From: an uncultured Alphaproteobacteria bacterium
GTDB taxonomy: Bacteria > Pseudomonadota > Alphaproteobacteria > UBA7887
DNA length: 52,877 bases
Assembly (NCBI GenBank): GCA_902562525.1
Contig: CACETT010000003.1
Coordinates: 1 to 52,877, forward strand
Direction of reading: 5' to 3'
In this document: positions 28,265 to 37,033 of the stretch, piece by piece
Layout of the letters: every line of letters starts with the position of its first letter
How positions within the stretch are numbered: position 1 is the stretch's first letter
The notes under the pieces: model-generated
What the model was told of the DNA's origin: nothing
Seen by the model: the letters and a program-made list of their open reading frames with translations, nothing else
Databases searched by the model: none
Program-made: the position numbers and the translations under genes

Positions 28265-29224
28265 ATGAGTCTTCTTGATGCAGATCCGGTATACAAACCC
28301 TTTAAGTATCCCTGGGCCTACGACGCATGGTTAAAACAGCAGCAGATACACTGGTTGCCTGAGGAAGTGCCGCTAGCAGACGATGTCAAGGATTGGCATC
28401 GGATCTTGACCCCCCAAGAAAGAAACCTCCTAACCCAAATTTTTCGATTTTTTACCCAGTCGGATGTCGAGGTAAATAATTGCTATATGAGGCACTACTC
28501 AAGAGTTTTTCGGCCAACTGAAATACAGATGATGCTGGCGGCCTTTTCTAATATGGAAACTGTGCATATCGCGGCATATTCTCATCTTCTGGATACAATT
28601 GGCATGCCAGAAATCGAGTACTCTGCATTCTTGCGGTATAAGGAGATGAAAGACAAGTATGATTTTTTGCAAGCATTCAAATCCGATTCGAAGAGAGAAA
28701 TCGCCTGTACGTTAGCAACTTTTGGTGCATTTACGGAAGGCCTTCAGTTGTTTGCAAGTTTTGCTATCCTTCTCAATTTTCCTCGATTTAATAAAATGAA
28801 AGGGATGGGGCAGATTGTTTCTTGGTCAGTGCGCGATGAAACTTTGCACACCAACTCTATGATAAGGTTGTTTTCCACGTTTATGTCGGAAAATACAGAA
28901 TTACGTTCTAATTCCCTGGATCAGGAACTCCAGGAAATATGTTTGAAAGTTGTATCCCATGAAGATGCTTTTATTGATCGCGCCTTTGAACTTGGGGGAG
29001 TTGAGGGTTTGGAGGGAGCCGATGTTAAGAGATATATTCGGTTCGTAGCGGATGGTCGGCTCAGGCAGCTTGGTTTGGATCCTTGCTTTGAGATTACAGA
29101 AAACCCACTTCCGTGGGTCGAAGAGATGATTAACGGAGTGGAGCACGTTAATTTTTTTGAGAATCGTGCCACCGAATATAGCAAGGCGGCCACCAAGGGA
29201 AGCTGGGGCGACGTTTTCAGCTAA
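28265..29224 (+). CDS. nrdB: Ribonucleoside-diphosphate reductase beta subunit
   Basis: HWLPEEV, FFTQSD, METVHIAAYS (E/H ligands plus radical Tyr), TEGLQLFASF, RDETLH, NFFENRATEY. Confidence 0.96.
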   Translation: MSLLDADPVYKPFKYPWAYDAWLKQQQIHWLPEEVPLADDVKDWHRILTPQERNLLTQIFRFFTQSDVEVNNCYMRHYSRVFRPTEIQMMLAAFSNMETVHIAAYSHLLDTIGMPEIEYSAFLRYKEMKDKYDFLQAFKSDSKREIACTLATFGAFTEGLQLFASFAILLNFPRFNKMKGMGQIVSWSVRDETLHTNSMIRLFSTFMSENTELRSNSLDQELQEICLKVVSHEDAFIDRAFELGGVEGLEGADVKRYIRFVADGRLRQLGLDPCFEITENPLPWVEEMINGVEHVNFFENRATEYSKAATKGSWGDVFS

Positions 29225-29543
29225 ACACTTTTTCTAAGTGAGATTGTATTTATTAAAGGTTTGCAGCCAAATATGCTTGGGAAGAGCTACAAGTAATCTT
29301 GTTCATTTATGCAATGTGGTATCAAAATAATGTACAAATAATAGATACTTATAAGAAAAATCTAACAAATTTTATTAGTTTTGAAATAATTCCACTCCTT
29401 CTGGTAAGGGAATGCCCATTCCTTTCTTTAAATGTGAAGAAATTTCAATTATTACTGGGGCGAAGTTAAAATGTAGTATTGTATTTTGAACCTGATACTC
29501 GTTGTTGTCTGTACCATTCGGACAGAGCCAAAAGGAACTTACA

Positions 29544-30371
29544 TTGCTAGTAGTACTTCGAAACGCCTTACTATGCTGGGTTGTGTCCAGTTTTGCCTTC
29601 TCTATGGAAGGTTTGGGGCAACACAGCCCGTCAGCCCCGGAGGAGTTTCAGCCAATTTTCGAGGAAGAATTTCTACTGGGTCAGGGAGCCGAGTGGCTGG
29701 AAACGGACTTGGCCCTGAAGGTTTTTGTGGGAGATGGCAATGTTTTGTGGAACGATGAGTGGTCGACAGGCGGTAGTGTTGGCCTATCAGAGTTAGGATC
29801 GACAATCATATCAATTGGACCAGACGCGAAGTTCATAGCAGGTAATATTATGTCGCTTAATATGAAGATCGGATACGGCATGTTATCGAATAGAGATCTT
29901 GCTATTTCGTCAATAGATCAATCGGGAGTGCCAGGGAGTAAGTCTCCATGGAGATGGTTTTCATCGGTGGGATTGAGCTCATATCATAAAGTCAGGGGTA
30001 TGAATTTGCACGGCCGAATTAACTTCAGTCAACCCTTGGTGGATAAGGGTAGAGGGTTAGTCGAAAATCATAATTGGTTTTCAGAAGGGTACGAGGAAGG
30101 GCCTAAACAGCTCATCGATGCCCGGTTAGGTCTGGCGCTTGGTCGCATTGAGCCTTTCTTAGGTGGCCTCTTCTCTTACAAAGATAGTTCCCCGATTTCG
30201 GCTTTTCGAAAGGGTTGGGAACTTGGTGTCGGAGCAAGTCTAGGTCTTCGAGGCGGGTTAAAATTTGAGATTGGCGGTGCTTTAAGTGGCGGAATTGTAG
30301 GTTCAAGGAAACTGGATAGTATTGGAGGGGATGCAAACGCTTTAGAGGGAAGTTTGCGCATAAAGTTTTAG
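29544..30371 (+). CDS. Hypothetical exported protein, probable outer-membrane beta-barrel
   Basis: TTG at 29544 behind AAGGA gives a signal-peptide-like N-terminus (MLVVLRNALLCWVVSSFAFS). Gly/aromatic amphipathic strands; ends GSLRIKF (terminal Phe). The track start at 29502 is in the same frame. Confidence 0.55.
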   Translation: MLVVLRNALLCWVVSSFAFSMEGLGQHSPSAPEEFQPIFEEEFLLGQGAEWLETDLALKVFVGDGNVLWNDEWSTGGSVGLSELGSTIISIGPDAKFIAGNIMSLNMKIGYGMLSNRDLAISSIDQSGVPGSKSPWRWFSSVGLSSYHKVRGMNLHGRINFSQPLVDKGRGLVENHNWFSEGYEEGPKQLIDARLGLALGRIEPFLGGLFSYKDSSPISAFRKGWELGVGASLGLRGGLKFEIGGALSGGIVGSRKLDSIGGDANALEGSLRIKF

Positions 30372-31372
30372 CTGTCTGAGTGGGAAGGCAGGGAAGGTAT
30401 TCGCGCTCTTAGGTCTTTTAAAGCTTCTATTAAAGCTGTTTTAATTTCGGGTTCCGTCGCGGTATGGCCAGCGTAGGGTATGATCCGAAGTTCGGCGTCA
30501 GTCCAATGTTGAGCAAGTCGATGGGCGGTTTTTGGGGGACATAGCATATCGTAACGTCCCTGGATTAGGATCCCTGGAATTCCCTGAAGACGGGCTGCGC
30601 CCTCTATGAGTTGGTTGGGGCCGAGAAACCAATTATGCTTAATGTAATGCCATTCTATGAAGGGTGTGTTGGGTGTGCCTCCCAGGCTTTGGGTTTCTCC
30701 ACTGGCCATGGCGGAAGGGAGGTCAGTGGAAGTGGGTAAAAGAGATGAAAGTATTCGCTCAAATTGGCCCCAATTCTGAGAGGCGGGAATATGGATTTTA
30801 GGGTCGGCGTTTTCTAATCGTTTGCCGAAAGTCGGAATAGGGTTGTGCCTCTCGCCTTCTGGCACTAACTGTATAAATTTGGCCCAAAGGTCTGGATAGA
30901 AGGTTCTGGGGCCGACTCCAAAAGCCCATTCGGTTTCTTCGGAGGTTCCCAGAAAAATTGCTCGCAAAACTAATCCATAGACCCTCTCTGGATGTTGCTG
31001 AGCATATGCAAGCCCTAGCGTGGAACCCCAGGATCCTCCAACCACGACCCACTTCTCTATTGATAAGGTTTCTCGTACTACCTCTATATCAGAGATGAGA
31101 CATTGTGTAGTATTGTTCTCCAGCGAGCGTTTTGGGGTGCTTCTCCCAGAACCTCGTTGATCGAGGAGTATTGCATGGTAGTGGTCTGGATTAAAGAGAC
31201 GGGCTTGGTCGGGATTACATCCGCTTCCCGGACCGCCGTGTAGGAATATGGCCGGAATTCCTTTTGGATTTCCAAACGTTTCGAGATAGAGAGTATGACC
31301 ATCTCCTACGTCTACGTATTTATTGCTTATTGGTCTAAGCGGAGGGAATAAATCATGTGGTCTTTGGGACAT
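30368..31372 (-). CDS. pip: Proline iminopeptidase
   Basis: GDGHTLY, FLHGGPGSG, LDQRGSGRSTP, GGSWGSTL, IQGRYD, AGH. Confidence 0.93.
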   Translation of the reverse strand: MSQRPHDLFPPLRPISNKYVDVGDGHTLYLETFGNPKGIPAIFLHGGPGSGCNPDQARLFNPDHYHAILLDQRGSGRSTPKRSLENNTTQCLISDIEVVRETLSIEKWVVVGGSWGSTLGLAYAQQHPERVYGLVLRAIFLGTSEETEWAFGVGPRTFYPDLWAKFIQLVPEGERHNPIPTFGKRLENADPKIHIPASQNWGQFERILSSLLPTSTDLPSAMASGETQSLGGTPNTPFIEWHYIKHNWFLGPNQLIEGAARLQGIPGILIQGRYDMLCPPKTAHRLAQHWTDAELRIIPYAGHTATEPEIKTALIEALKDLRARIPSLPSHSDS

Positions 31373-31480
31373 AAATTTCTCTCAGATTGGCAGTAGAATG
31401 TGTTTAAACTTTCCTCATTAGGCACTTGAGCCGAGTTCCTAGGTCGGTTATACACTCCAGCATATACTAGGATAGGTATT

Positions 31481-31705
31481 ATGAAAAAAGACGTACATCC
31501 CGATTACCACGAAATTAACGTCGTCATGACTGACGGTACAGAGTATAAGACGCGGTCAACGTGGGGAAAGGAAGGGGACACGTTAAAATTGGACGTAGAT
31601 CCTCTGACCCATCCAGCTTGGACAGGTGGCGGGACCCATCTTGTTGATACCGGAGGCCAGGTGGCAAGGTTTAATAAAAGATTCAAAGGTTTCGTTGCGG
31701 GCTAG
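31481..31705 (+). CDS. rpmE: 50S ribosomal protein L31
   Basis: [43 protein letters not shown]. Confidence 0.97.
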   Translation: MKKDVHPDYHEINVVMTDGTEYKTRSTWGKEGDTLKLDVDPLTHPAWTGGGTHLVDTGGQVARFNKRFKGFVAG

Positions 31706-31720
31706 CCCGTTGAGGGCTCT

Positions 31721-32176
31721 CTAGAGTGAGTCGGGGCCCTTGGTGGATAGTTGGGCGAGGGCCGCTCTCAGATCGCCGGGAATTTGGACAGGTTGGCCCT
31801 GCTGTGCCCGATTTACGAAAACGTGAACAAAGTAGCACTCAGCGGATGCATCGGATTCCTCTGGTCTAAAGAGGGCACTATCATAAGTGACGCTTGATTT
31901 TCCAAGTCGAGTTACTTTCAAACCAACATCTAGCTTATCGGGAAACCGGACAGGTTTTCTATATTTACAATGGGTTTCTGGTATTATGCCAGCAATATCA
32001 CCATTTTTGATGTCTAGGTTGCCGAACTTGATGAGATATCGGTTAATTACAGTATCGAATAATTCGTAGTAGATAACATTGTTTAGGTGTCCATAGGTAT
32101 CATTATCATTCCAGCGGGTATCTACCGTATCAAAGTAGGAGTAGTCGGATCGTGTGCGTGGTTTTTCTTCAGGCAT
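31721..32176 (-). CDS. Acyl-CoA thioesterase (4HBT/YbgC hotdog fold)
   Basis: TRWNDNDTYGHLNNVIYY, FPD-LDVGL-V--LGKSSVTY, FVHVFVN. ATG at 32176 lies 2 bp after the upstream stop codon. Confidence 0.88.
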   Translation of the reverse strand: MPEEKPRTRSDYSYFDTVDTRWNDNDTYGHLNNVIYYELFDTVINRYLIKFGNLDIKNGDIAGIIPETHCKYRKPVRFPDKLDVGLKVTRLGKSSVTYDSALFRPEESDASAECYFVHVFVNRAQQGQPVQIPGDLRAALAQLSTKGPDSL

Positions 32177-32178
32177 AA

Positions 32179-32988
32179 TTAGCAAACAGTAGAATTTGAG
32201 CTGGCAAAATCCCAGAGAGTTTGGAGCAACTCATCCGGCGTCTCTATCATCATCATGTGGCCAGCACTGGGAATAACAGCAGTGTCTGACCCGGTTATAT
32301 TTTCAGCTATAGTTTTAATACTGCCCGGTGGGGTCATTTTGTCGTCAGCGCCCGCTACAATAAGGGTGGGGCACTTGATATTTTTTGCGGCACTTAGGCC
32401 ATTTAAATACTCGTTGCACGCTTTGAAATCAGCATGTAGCTGGCCATTTTTACTTTTCATAAGGAGTTGCCGGCCTCCTCCAAGCATCCAGAATCCCGGA
32501 GTCCTTGTCCCGCCAATTTGTGCCCGCCTTCCGAAGGCCCAGTTCACAATCAATTCCACAGCTTCTGGGATAGAATTTTTGGTTTTGGCCAGTAGGTCTG
32601 CATTGACTGGCATCGGTACAGAAACACCGACTAAGCTTAGGAACGAGACTAAGTCAGGCCTTTTTGCAGCGGTTTCTAGGGTAACAAGGGCGCCCATACT
32701 ATGGCCAACAAGGCCTACCCGACCGCACGACAGTGATCCTATCAAAGTGATGAGCCAGTCAGCCATTTCTTCTACGGATGATAAACAAGGGCCTTGGGAT
32801 CCCCCGTGTCCAGGAAGATTTGCGGCTATTACAGAAAATCCATGGTGAGCAAAATAACGACTCTGTAGCGCCCATACGGTGTGGTCCATACCCGCACCGT
32901 GGACAAAAACCAAGTTTGGTTTGGAGGGATCAAACTCCCGCCCTCCAGTTTCAAGCTTAACTAGTTTATCGTTTACATGAATATCCAT
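32179..32988 (-). CDS. Alpha/beta fold hydrolase
   Basis: FVHGAG, LPGHGGS, GHSMG nucleophile elbow, GADDKMTP, AGHMMM. Confidence 0.9.
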   Translation of the reverse strand: MDIHVNDKLVKLETGGREFDPSKPNLVFVHGAGMDHTVWALQSRYFAHHGFSVIAANLPGHGGSQGPCLSSVEEMADWLITLIGSLSCGRVGLVGHSMGALVTLETAAKRPDLVSFLSLVGVSVPMPVNADLLAKTKNSIPEAVELIVNWAFGRRAQIGGTRTPGFWMLGGGRQLLMKSKNGQLHADFKACNEYLNGLSAAKNIKCPTLIVAGADDKMTPPGSIKTIAENITGSDTAVIPSAGHMMMIETPDELLQTLWDFASSNSTVC

Positions 32989-32991
32989 TGC

Positions 32992-34293
32992 TCAACTCTT
33001 TTGGGATGCTCTCAAGGCTTGTTGTAAGTCGTTCTTTAGATCCTCTGAATCTTCTAAGCCTATGGATAGGCGGACTAGGTCTGTGCCAATTCCTGCAGCT
33101 TGTAGCTCTGCGTCTGACATTTGTTGGTGTGTTGTGCTAGCTGGGTGTAGGACTAGCGATTTTGCGTCACCGACGTTTGCCAAGTGGGAAAATACTTTAA
33201 GCCTTTCGATAAATTTTTTCCCCGCTTCTCTGCCCCCTTTTATGCCAAAAGAAGGGACTGCCCCGCAGCCTTTGGGTAACAGGGCCTTGGCTAATTCAAA
33301 ATCTGGGTGTCCAGCAAGCTCAGGATAACTTACCCATTCAACCGCATCGTGTTGGTTCAAAAATTCAACAATTTCTCTAGTGTTAGCTACATGCTGTTTC
33401 ATCCTGACATGCGCATCTTCTACTCCCAATATTATGTAGAATGCATTAGAGGGACTCATACAAGCGCCGAAATCGCGTAGACCTTCCGTTCGAGCCCGCA
33501 TTAAAAAAGCTCCTGGACCAAACTCATCCTGATATTTTAACCCATGATATCCCTCGTAGGGCTGTGTCATATTTGGAAACTTTTCTCCACCACCCCAATC
33601 AAAGGAGCCCTTGTCTATCAGAGCTCCGCCAATTGCCACTCCATGTCCACCTAAAAATTTTGTTACTGAGTGCATAACAATATCTGCGCCAAGCTTGAGA
33701 GGTTGGCTAAGGTATGGGGTAGCAAAAGTGTTGTCGATCATTAACGGGATGCCGGCCGAGTGCGCGATTTTAGCTAGGCGTGGAATATCTAAGACTTCCA
33801 GACCAGGATTTCCCAGAGTTTCCCCAAACACCAAGCGGGTATTGGGTTGTATCGAGGCTTCAAATTGGTCAATAGCGCGGGCATCCACAAAGCTAGTTTC
33901 TATCCCAAACCGGGGAAGAGTATGTTTGAATAGGTTGTAACAACCTCCATAAATATTTTTAGAGGCAACTATGTGACTACCTGAATCCATGAGAGTGCTG
34001 ATGGCCAAATGTAAGGCAGCCATTCCGCTAGCTGTACAAATTGCGCCAACCCCTTCTTCCAACGCGGCCAACCTTTCTTCTAAAACAGAAACGGTGGGGT
34101 TGCTTATCCGCGAATAGATATGACCAGCCCTCTCAAGGTTGAAGAGAGAGGCAGCGTGGTCAACGTTTCCAAATACGTAAGAGGTGCTTTGATAAATCGG
34201 TACTGCTCGTGACCCAAAATCGCTATCTGGTTGTTGTCCAGCGTGAAGAGATAACGTGCCAAGCTTCAAGGTTTCATTTTTTGCCAAGGTCAA
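32992..34293 (-). CDS. metY: O-acetylhomoserine aminocarboxypropyltransferase/sulfhydrylase (Cys/Met metabolism PLP family)
   Basis: LHAGQ, PIYQSTSY, YSRISNPT, ASGMAA, DNTFATP, HSVTKFLGGHG (PLP Lys), LANVGDAKSL-LHPASTTH, VRLSIGLED. Confidence 0.88.
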   Translation of the reverse strand: MTLAKNETLKLGTLSLHAGQQPDSDFGSRAVPIYQSTSYVFGNVDHAASLFNLERAGHIYSRISNPTVSVLEERLAALEEGVGAICTASGMAALHLAISTLMDSGSHIVASKNIYGGCYNLFKHTLPRFGIETSFVDARAIDQFEASIQPNTRLVFGETLGNPGLEVLDIPRLAKIAHSAGIPLMIDNTFATPYLSQPLKLGADIVMHSVTKFLGGHGVAIGGALIDKGSFDWGGGEKFPNMTQPYEGYHGLKYQDEFGPGAFLMRARTEGLRDFGACMSPSNAFYIILGVEDAHVRMKQHVANTREIVEFLNQHDAVEWVSYPELAGHPDFELAKALLPKGCGAVPSFGIKGGREAGKKFIERLKVFSHLANVGDAKSLVLHPASTTHQQMSDAELQAAGIGTDLVRLSIGLEDSEDLKNDLQQALRASQKS

Positions 34294-34478
34294 GTCTTTC
34301 TAAAAAAAGATTCTGCTTTGAGTTTGAGAAGTGATTTTTTTTGAATTTCCTCATTTACTCGGTCCATTTCCTTTTGGAGGATTACGAGGTACTCTTGTAA
34401 GGAGTCAGTCGATAGAGGGTCTAACACGGGGGGGGTAAACATCTTGTCAGATTTTTCAAGCTCTTCTTCCTCTTCCAT
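34290..34478 (-). CDS. DUF1192 family protein
   Basis: LDPLSTDSLQEYLVILQKEMDRVNEEIQKK...AESFFR coiled-coil pattern; 4-bp TTGA overlap with metY. Confidence 0.75.
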   Translation of the reverse strand: MEEEEELEKSDKMFTPPVLDPLSTDSLQEYLVILQKEMDRVNEEIQKKSLLKLKAESFFRKT

Positions 34479-34549
34479 ATCTACAGTAATCCTTTCAATG
34501 AATATCTCCCATACCCAAATTCTCCAACATACGAACTCTATGTCATTCT

Positions 34550-35344
34550 TCAGACTTGTTGATATATGCCTACCATTCTTTGAAATCCACTATCGGTTTC
34601 CTCAAGAATAGAAATCACGTCAGTAATATCTGTAAACAGGTATTCCCAGAAGTACTTTTGATAGCCATCCCGGAATTGATCCAAAGTTTGCAGGCCAAAT
34701 CGGTCCAAAACTCCACCTTCTCTGGCAGATAAAAACATTTTCAAAGTAGCTCGATTGGTGTCCAGATTAGACATTAAACCAATTATTTGGCAGGCGCGCG
34801 TTATGGTGCTCAGGTGACCAGGGTTTCCTGGAGGGGCTGTTTCCGTAAAATCGGCACATTGTATAGCCTCAGCAATAGGTTCAAGCGAGAGATAGGAAAT
34901 ATCGGCAAGTTTTGTGCGGACATACATACAACTTCGATCTGCACAATGTTGCCACAGTGCAGAGTCTGTTTGGGTAAAAGGCAGGGTAATCATTTCACGA
35001 TTGGGTTTTAAAAAGCTTGGATCTTTATCCTCTATAAACAACCCTCTTAGGATCCCAACACGGCAGAATAGAGTGGCACATAAAATTTGTCGCATGTTGT
35101 GAGCGTCAGCCTGTCCAGTTTGTATGATTTGGCCACGGACGACATCGAGTGCAATGATAGCGCACTTAATGGTATAATCTAGGGAAAAGAGAAGGCTGTC
35201 GCTTTTAGACATAGTCGAAAACGCCAGTGCTGCCATTGATTTTACTTGATGCTCCAGGAGAGGATCATCTCGGAAGTGGCTATCGCAGAGGGTGCTGAGG
35301 TAATCAAAAAAAATATCAGTCTCTACAGAGGTAAATTTAAACAT
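34550..35344 (-). CDS. Catalytically degenerate paralogue of the adjacent HD-domain protein
   Basis: Aligns by eye along its length with residues ~1-270 of 35354-36694 (SDSLLFSLDYT/SDALYHDTEHT; LFCRVGILRG/LFHDIGYSRG; TDSALWQHCADRS/TDAFLTPYHVERS; ACQIIG/SADLIG; YQKYFWEYL/YPSFFYNYV), with all predicted metal ligands replaced. Confidence 0.75.
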   Translation of the reverse strand: MFKFTSVETDIFFDYLSTLCDSHFRDDPLLEHQVKSMAALAFSTMSKSDSLLFSLDYTIKCAIIALDVVRGQIIQTGQADAHNMRQILCATLFCRVGILRGLFIEDKDPSFLKPNREMITLPFTQTDSALWQHCADRSCMYVRTKLADISYLSLEPIAEAIQCADFTETAPPGNPGHLSTITRACQIIGLMSNLDTNRATLKMFLSAREGGVLDRFGLQTLDQFRDGYQKYFWEYLFTDITDVISILEETDSGFQRMVGIYQQV

Positions 35345-35353
35345 CCTATTAGC

Positions 35354-36694
35354 TCACAAATACTTGGACATTTCGTAGCCGAGTTGTGACATAAATGATA
35401 AAGTAGGGATATCGGGTTCTTCAACCTTGAGGCTAAAAAATTCCAGGACATAGCGAACGCCAAGCTTATCCGAGACTGGGAAGGCAAAAGCGCCCTTAAC
35501 ACCAATATCTTGCGCTAGCTTAGCTCTTGGAAAGTTGGGATCTATAGTCACATCCTCCACCCACTCCGCTCGACCGGAAACAGAAACTCTGCCAGGGAGC
35601 CCCTCGCCATTTTTGAAAACGGTTCTTGATGTGACCGAAACAAACGTGTCCAGGGCCGAGGAAGAGCTTTCTAGGTGCCAAACCCCAGTGGGTCTCATAC
35701 AAACCTCACCATCTATGTTTTCTGGTCTCACATATGCATGGCCGACCGGCCACTTCTGGAAAGCACAAATCCGGGTCAGGATAAATTTCAGGGAAGCCTC
35801 AAAATCCTGTTCTATTTTTAACTTTTCACTAATTACATGTAATAATTCCAACCCTTGGCTGGAGAGTATTGCCCTATGCTCTTCAAAGAAAACATGAAAA
35901 TTTAAGTTTGAGTTCCACTGTCTACCATTAGCTGTTAGGGATAAATATTCGCTGGCTTGTGCGATGTGTGGTTGAACATAGTTGTAGAAAAAGGAAGGGT
36001 ATGACTTTTTTAAGTCCATAGGGCTGTCGTAGCCAAGTTTGCTGTTAGCGCCAGTCTCCTCAAATTCATAAAATAAAGCAGGGATTTTACGGTAATATCC
36101 GGGGTCACCTAGTTGGCCTATCAAATCGGCGGAGGACACCAGATTGGTTAATTCTCTATTTTTAGTGTCGTTTATCCCATGGCTTCTGTCTTTAGGGATA
36201 GGGAATTCAGTGTTTTTGATGAAGTCACAAATCAACTGTATATCTAACTCTCCTGTCCACTCAGCCTCATTTAGGAAAATTTGCGATCGTTCAACGTGGT
36301 AAGGGGTAAGGAATGCATCAGTTGCGTTAGGGGGTATTTGGATGGATTTCCCATTAAAATTTATCACTTGCCTAGAGTCGTTGTCGCCCTTCAAGATCCC
36401 TCTGGAATAGCCAATATCGTGAAAGAGCAATGAGATACTGTAGTGTATCCAGTCGTCAATATTTACGTCGTTTTTGACGATCTTCCGTCCAACGAAGATA
36501 TCTTGGCCGCAAAGTGTTACTAATACTGTGTGTTCAGTATCATGGTATAAGGCATCACTGTTATTTAGTATTTTGATACAGTTGTGGACGGCTCGGTATA
36601 ATACGTCGTTAAACATATCTTTTTGTTCTGGAAAAATTACGCTTTTTCGCTTTTGAATTTCCTCGATAAAAATGTCGGCATAATCTACAGCCAT
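35354..36694 (-). CDS. HD-domain metallohydrolase (resembles the cyanobacterial Npun_R2479 family) fused to a C-terminal GAF domain
   Basis: SDALYHDTEHT, LFHDIGY, LTPYHVERS, ADLIGQLGDP, LFYEFEETG. Residues ~283-446 show a GAF pattern (WPVGHAY, GEGLPGRV, WVEDV--DPNFPR, GAFAFPV, VLEFF). Confidence 0.82.
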   Translation of the reverse strand: MAVDYADIFIEEIQKRKSVIFPEQKDMFNDVLYRAVHNCIKILNNSDALYHDTEHTVLVTLCGQDIFVGRKIVKNDVNIDDWIHYSISLLFHDIGYSRGILKGDNDSRQVINFNGKSIQIPPNATDAFLTPYHVERSQIFLNEAEWTGELDIQLICDFIKNTEFPIPKDRSHGINDTKNRELTNLVSSADLIGQLGDPGYYRKIPALFYEFEETGANSKLGYDSPMDLKKSYPSFFYNYVQPHIAQASEYLSLTANGRQWNSNLNFHVFFEEHRAILSSQGLELLHVISEKLKIEQDFEASLKFILTRICAFQKWPVGHAYVRPENIDGEVCMRPTGVWHLESSSSALDTFVSVTSRTVFKNGEGLPGRVSVSGRAEWVEDVTIDPNFPRAKLAQDIGVKGAFAFPVSDKLGVRYVLEFFSLKVEEPDIPTLSFMSQLGYEMSKYL

Positions 36695-37033
36695 TGCCTA
36701 ATGTCCATTCGATAGTAGTTGTCTAGCAGGAATCTAAAGCAGTACGAGCTCCCAGCAACCAATTATATCATATTATAAATAGTGCTGTTCTTCGGAGGCA
36801 ATACGATTTTGGCGTCAATTTCTTTTAAATAGATTATATTTTAGTCAAGCTACAGTTCTGTTACTGCCCAACTTGTCCTAGTAGGCTAGTATTTGCTTGC
36901 CAGGAGGCTGCACAAGAATTATCTACGGCCTTGTCTGAGAGCGCTCATCTCTTGACGTCCTGCTTTTCAGGTGAATTTTTGGGTGTTTCGGATCAGTTTT
37001 CTAGTAGGGCTTAATATGCGCAGGAGTAATTAA

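Noticed and set aside
31481-31705. Cys-free L31 as a zinc-sparing paralogue linked to the Zur islet
   Set aside because: Cys-free L31 is the normal form in Alphaproteobacteria, and no Zur-like palindrome was seen upstream.
32255-32848. 197-aa ORF antisense to the alpha/beta hydrolase
   Set aside because: Shadow of a motif-supported gene. The same applies to the many 60-150 aa nested ORFs in the track.
34294-34549. SAM riboswitch upstream of metY
   Set aside because: The region is occupied by the DUF1192 gene overlapping the metY start, and no SAM-II/SAM-V motif was recognised.
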